Source of the DNA: Octopus sinensis
Lineage: Eukaryota
Reading direction: 5' to 3'
Length of the DNA: 22,885 nucleotides
Assembly: GCF_006345805.1 (NCBI RefSeq)
Contig: NW_021836630.1
Coordinates: forward strand, 1 to 22,885
Shown here: in pieces, positions 21,068 through 22,885 of the stretch
How the letters are laid out: every line of letters begins with the position of its first letter
Position numbering within the stretch: position 1 is the first letter of the stretch
Translations under genes and position numbers: made by a program
The notes under the pieces: model-generated
Database searches by the model: none
What the model was told of the DNA's origin: nothing
Seen by the model: the letters and a program-made list of their open reading frames with translations, nothing else

Positions 21068-21282
21068 TCAAATGTGACCGCCCGCGTGTGTATCGTTGGC
21101 GATTTTTTCCCTCCGTCATCCCTTCCTTGGATCTTTCCTTTTCCTGTTTCTGACGAAGAGCTCCGCTCGAAACGTTAAATCTCCTTCTTTCTTTCCCTTT
21201 CCTAAGCGTCCAGTAACACTATACTTGTCCCACGTCCTCGCGTTGTTGTGTTTTCTCTTTGTGTTTTCATGTTTGAATTAAC
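21066..21282 (+). mobile_element. ~215-bp island between (TA)n tracts carrying a minimal hammerhead core (21146-21180)
   Basis: GTTT-CTGACGA (21150-21156)-A-GAGC-TCC-GCTC-GAAA (21169-21172)-CGTT-AAAT; (TA)n at ~20985-21062 and 21283-21348. Confidence 0.7.
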
Positions 21283-21297
21283 TATATATATATAGAT

Positions 21298-21350
<53 letters not shown>

Positions 21351-21740
21351 CTACCTCTGTGCGTGTGTGTTCCGGAACTCTACTTGTTTGGTAGGGACTT
21401 GTTTTTAGATCATTTAGTGAAAGTTAACTATCACTCAGTTTTTATTGGCCTATAAAAACTAACCAGCAGCCTACAATCACAATGAAAGAAAGAATATATC
21501 GAATAATCATAAGACTGCCCGATCAGGATTGATCTAGGGTTACAGAGCGGCCACAATAGTAAGAACAACCGCATCTATCCCGGTTCACTTTACCTACAGA
21601 AATAAGTAATTAAGTTTCCCTCAAACTATACTGTGTAAACAAAAGACAGGATGATCAAGGTTGGAGAGGCTTTGATCATAGATCCCCTCGATCAGAACTG
21701 ACCTGCTGTCAAACAACAACGACTACGGACTACTTTATAT

Positions 21741-22338
21741 ATTTCTTTATTGCCCACAAGGAGCTAAACACAAAGGGGACAAGCAAGGACAGACATAGGT
21801 ATTAGGTCGATTACATCCACCCCGGTGCGTAACTGGTACTTAATTTATCGATCCCGAAAGGATGAAAGGCAAAGTCGACATCGGCGGAATTTGAACTCAG
21901 AACGAAATAGCAGACGGAATACCTATTTCTTTACTATCCACAAGGGGCTAAACATAGAGGGGCAAACAAGGATAGACAAACGGATTAAGTCGATTACATC
22001 GACCCCGGTGCGTAAGTGGTACTTAATTTATCGACCCCGAAAGGATGAAAGGCAAAGTCGACCTCGGCGGAATTTGAACTCAGAACATAACGGCAGACGA
22101 AATACCTATTTCTTTATTACTCACAAGGGGCTAAACACAGAGGGGACAAACAAGGACAGACATAGGTATTAAGTCGATTACATCGACCCCAGTGCGTAAC
22201 TGGTACTTAATTTATCGACCCCGAAAGGATGAAAGGCAAAGTCGACCTGGGCGGAATTTGAACTCAGTACGTAACGGCAGACGAAATACGGCTAAGCATT
22301 TCGCCCCGGCGTGCTAACGGTTCTGCCAGCTCGCCGCC
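21741..22338 (-). mobile_element. SINE family B trimer (one head plus three bodies)
   Basis: Junctions after 21922 and 22105 (both G(G/A)AATAC|CTATTTC); head at 22290-22338; 17-bp TSD CTACGGACTACTTTATA (21723-21739) / CTACGAACTACTTTATA (22341-22357). Confidence 0.93.
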
Positions 22339-22744
22339 TTCTACGAACTACTTTATAACGAGACAGCAGCGCTTACGGTTACAATAGAAAATCGGTGATT
22401 TATGGTTACGTCACAGCGAGATTTCAAGTTGAGACGGTTTCCTTTTGCTTGTCCGATTGACCAAACCAGAACGTCATTTGTTTCCCTTCCTTCTTCTCTT
22501 CCTCTCCCTCCTCCTCTCTCTCCCCCTCCTCCTCCCTCTAGCCCTTGTATTGATCAGCGTTATGGCTCGCTGGTTAGAATTCTCAAATTAATTAAGCCTA
22601 CAACTTAGTTATTATTACAGAGAAATGAACTTATCTCTTCTCTCATTTGTTTGATTGTTTTGTATTTTTTTTTGTTTTTACTATTTTTTGATTGATTCTT
22701 TTTGTCAACGCTATTTTAAACAATATTTTGTCGCATTTCGTTCA

Positions 22745-22885
22745 TATGCGCGCGCCCGCGCGTGTGTGTGTACAAACACACACACACATATATATATTCA
22801 TGCATACATACATAATACATACACACATGCATACACACACATATATATGTTCATACATACAAATCAGCACACATACATACATACA
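22745..22885. repeat. Mixed (CG)/(GT)/(CA)/(CATA) microsatellite
   Basis: Read directly from the sequence. Confidence 0.85.

Noticed and set aside
21741-22338. CRISPR-like or satellite interpretation of the regular ~183-bp repeats
   Set aside because: No unique spacers and no cas genes; the units are SINE bodies with a Pol III B box and a TSD.

Overview
AT-rich, microsatellite-dense eukaryotic non-coding DNA. Its repeat families resemble those of cephalopod (Octopus-like) genomes; this is recognition, not a database result. No intact host gene is supported, and most ORFs in the track are translations of (TA)n, (TG)n or (TATG)n tracts. The window is a mosaic of mobile elements: at least four tRNA-headed SINE families, three non-autonomous TIR DNA transposons, decayed coding fragments of two different Penelope-like elements (GIY-YIG), two RTE-clade LINE 3' ends, a CRE-like restriction-like-endonuclease C-terminus, a CCHC ORF1 fragment and a 5'-truncated tRNA-Glu. 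The most notable signals are (i) related ~200-bp islands inside TA microsatellites that each carry a minimal hammerhead-ribozyme core, (ii) SINE copies built as one head plus 1-3 tandem bodies, joined at the same point and enclosed by one TSD pair, and (iii) a TIR element carrying (TTAGGG)5.
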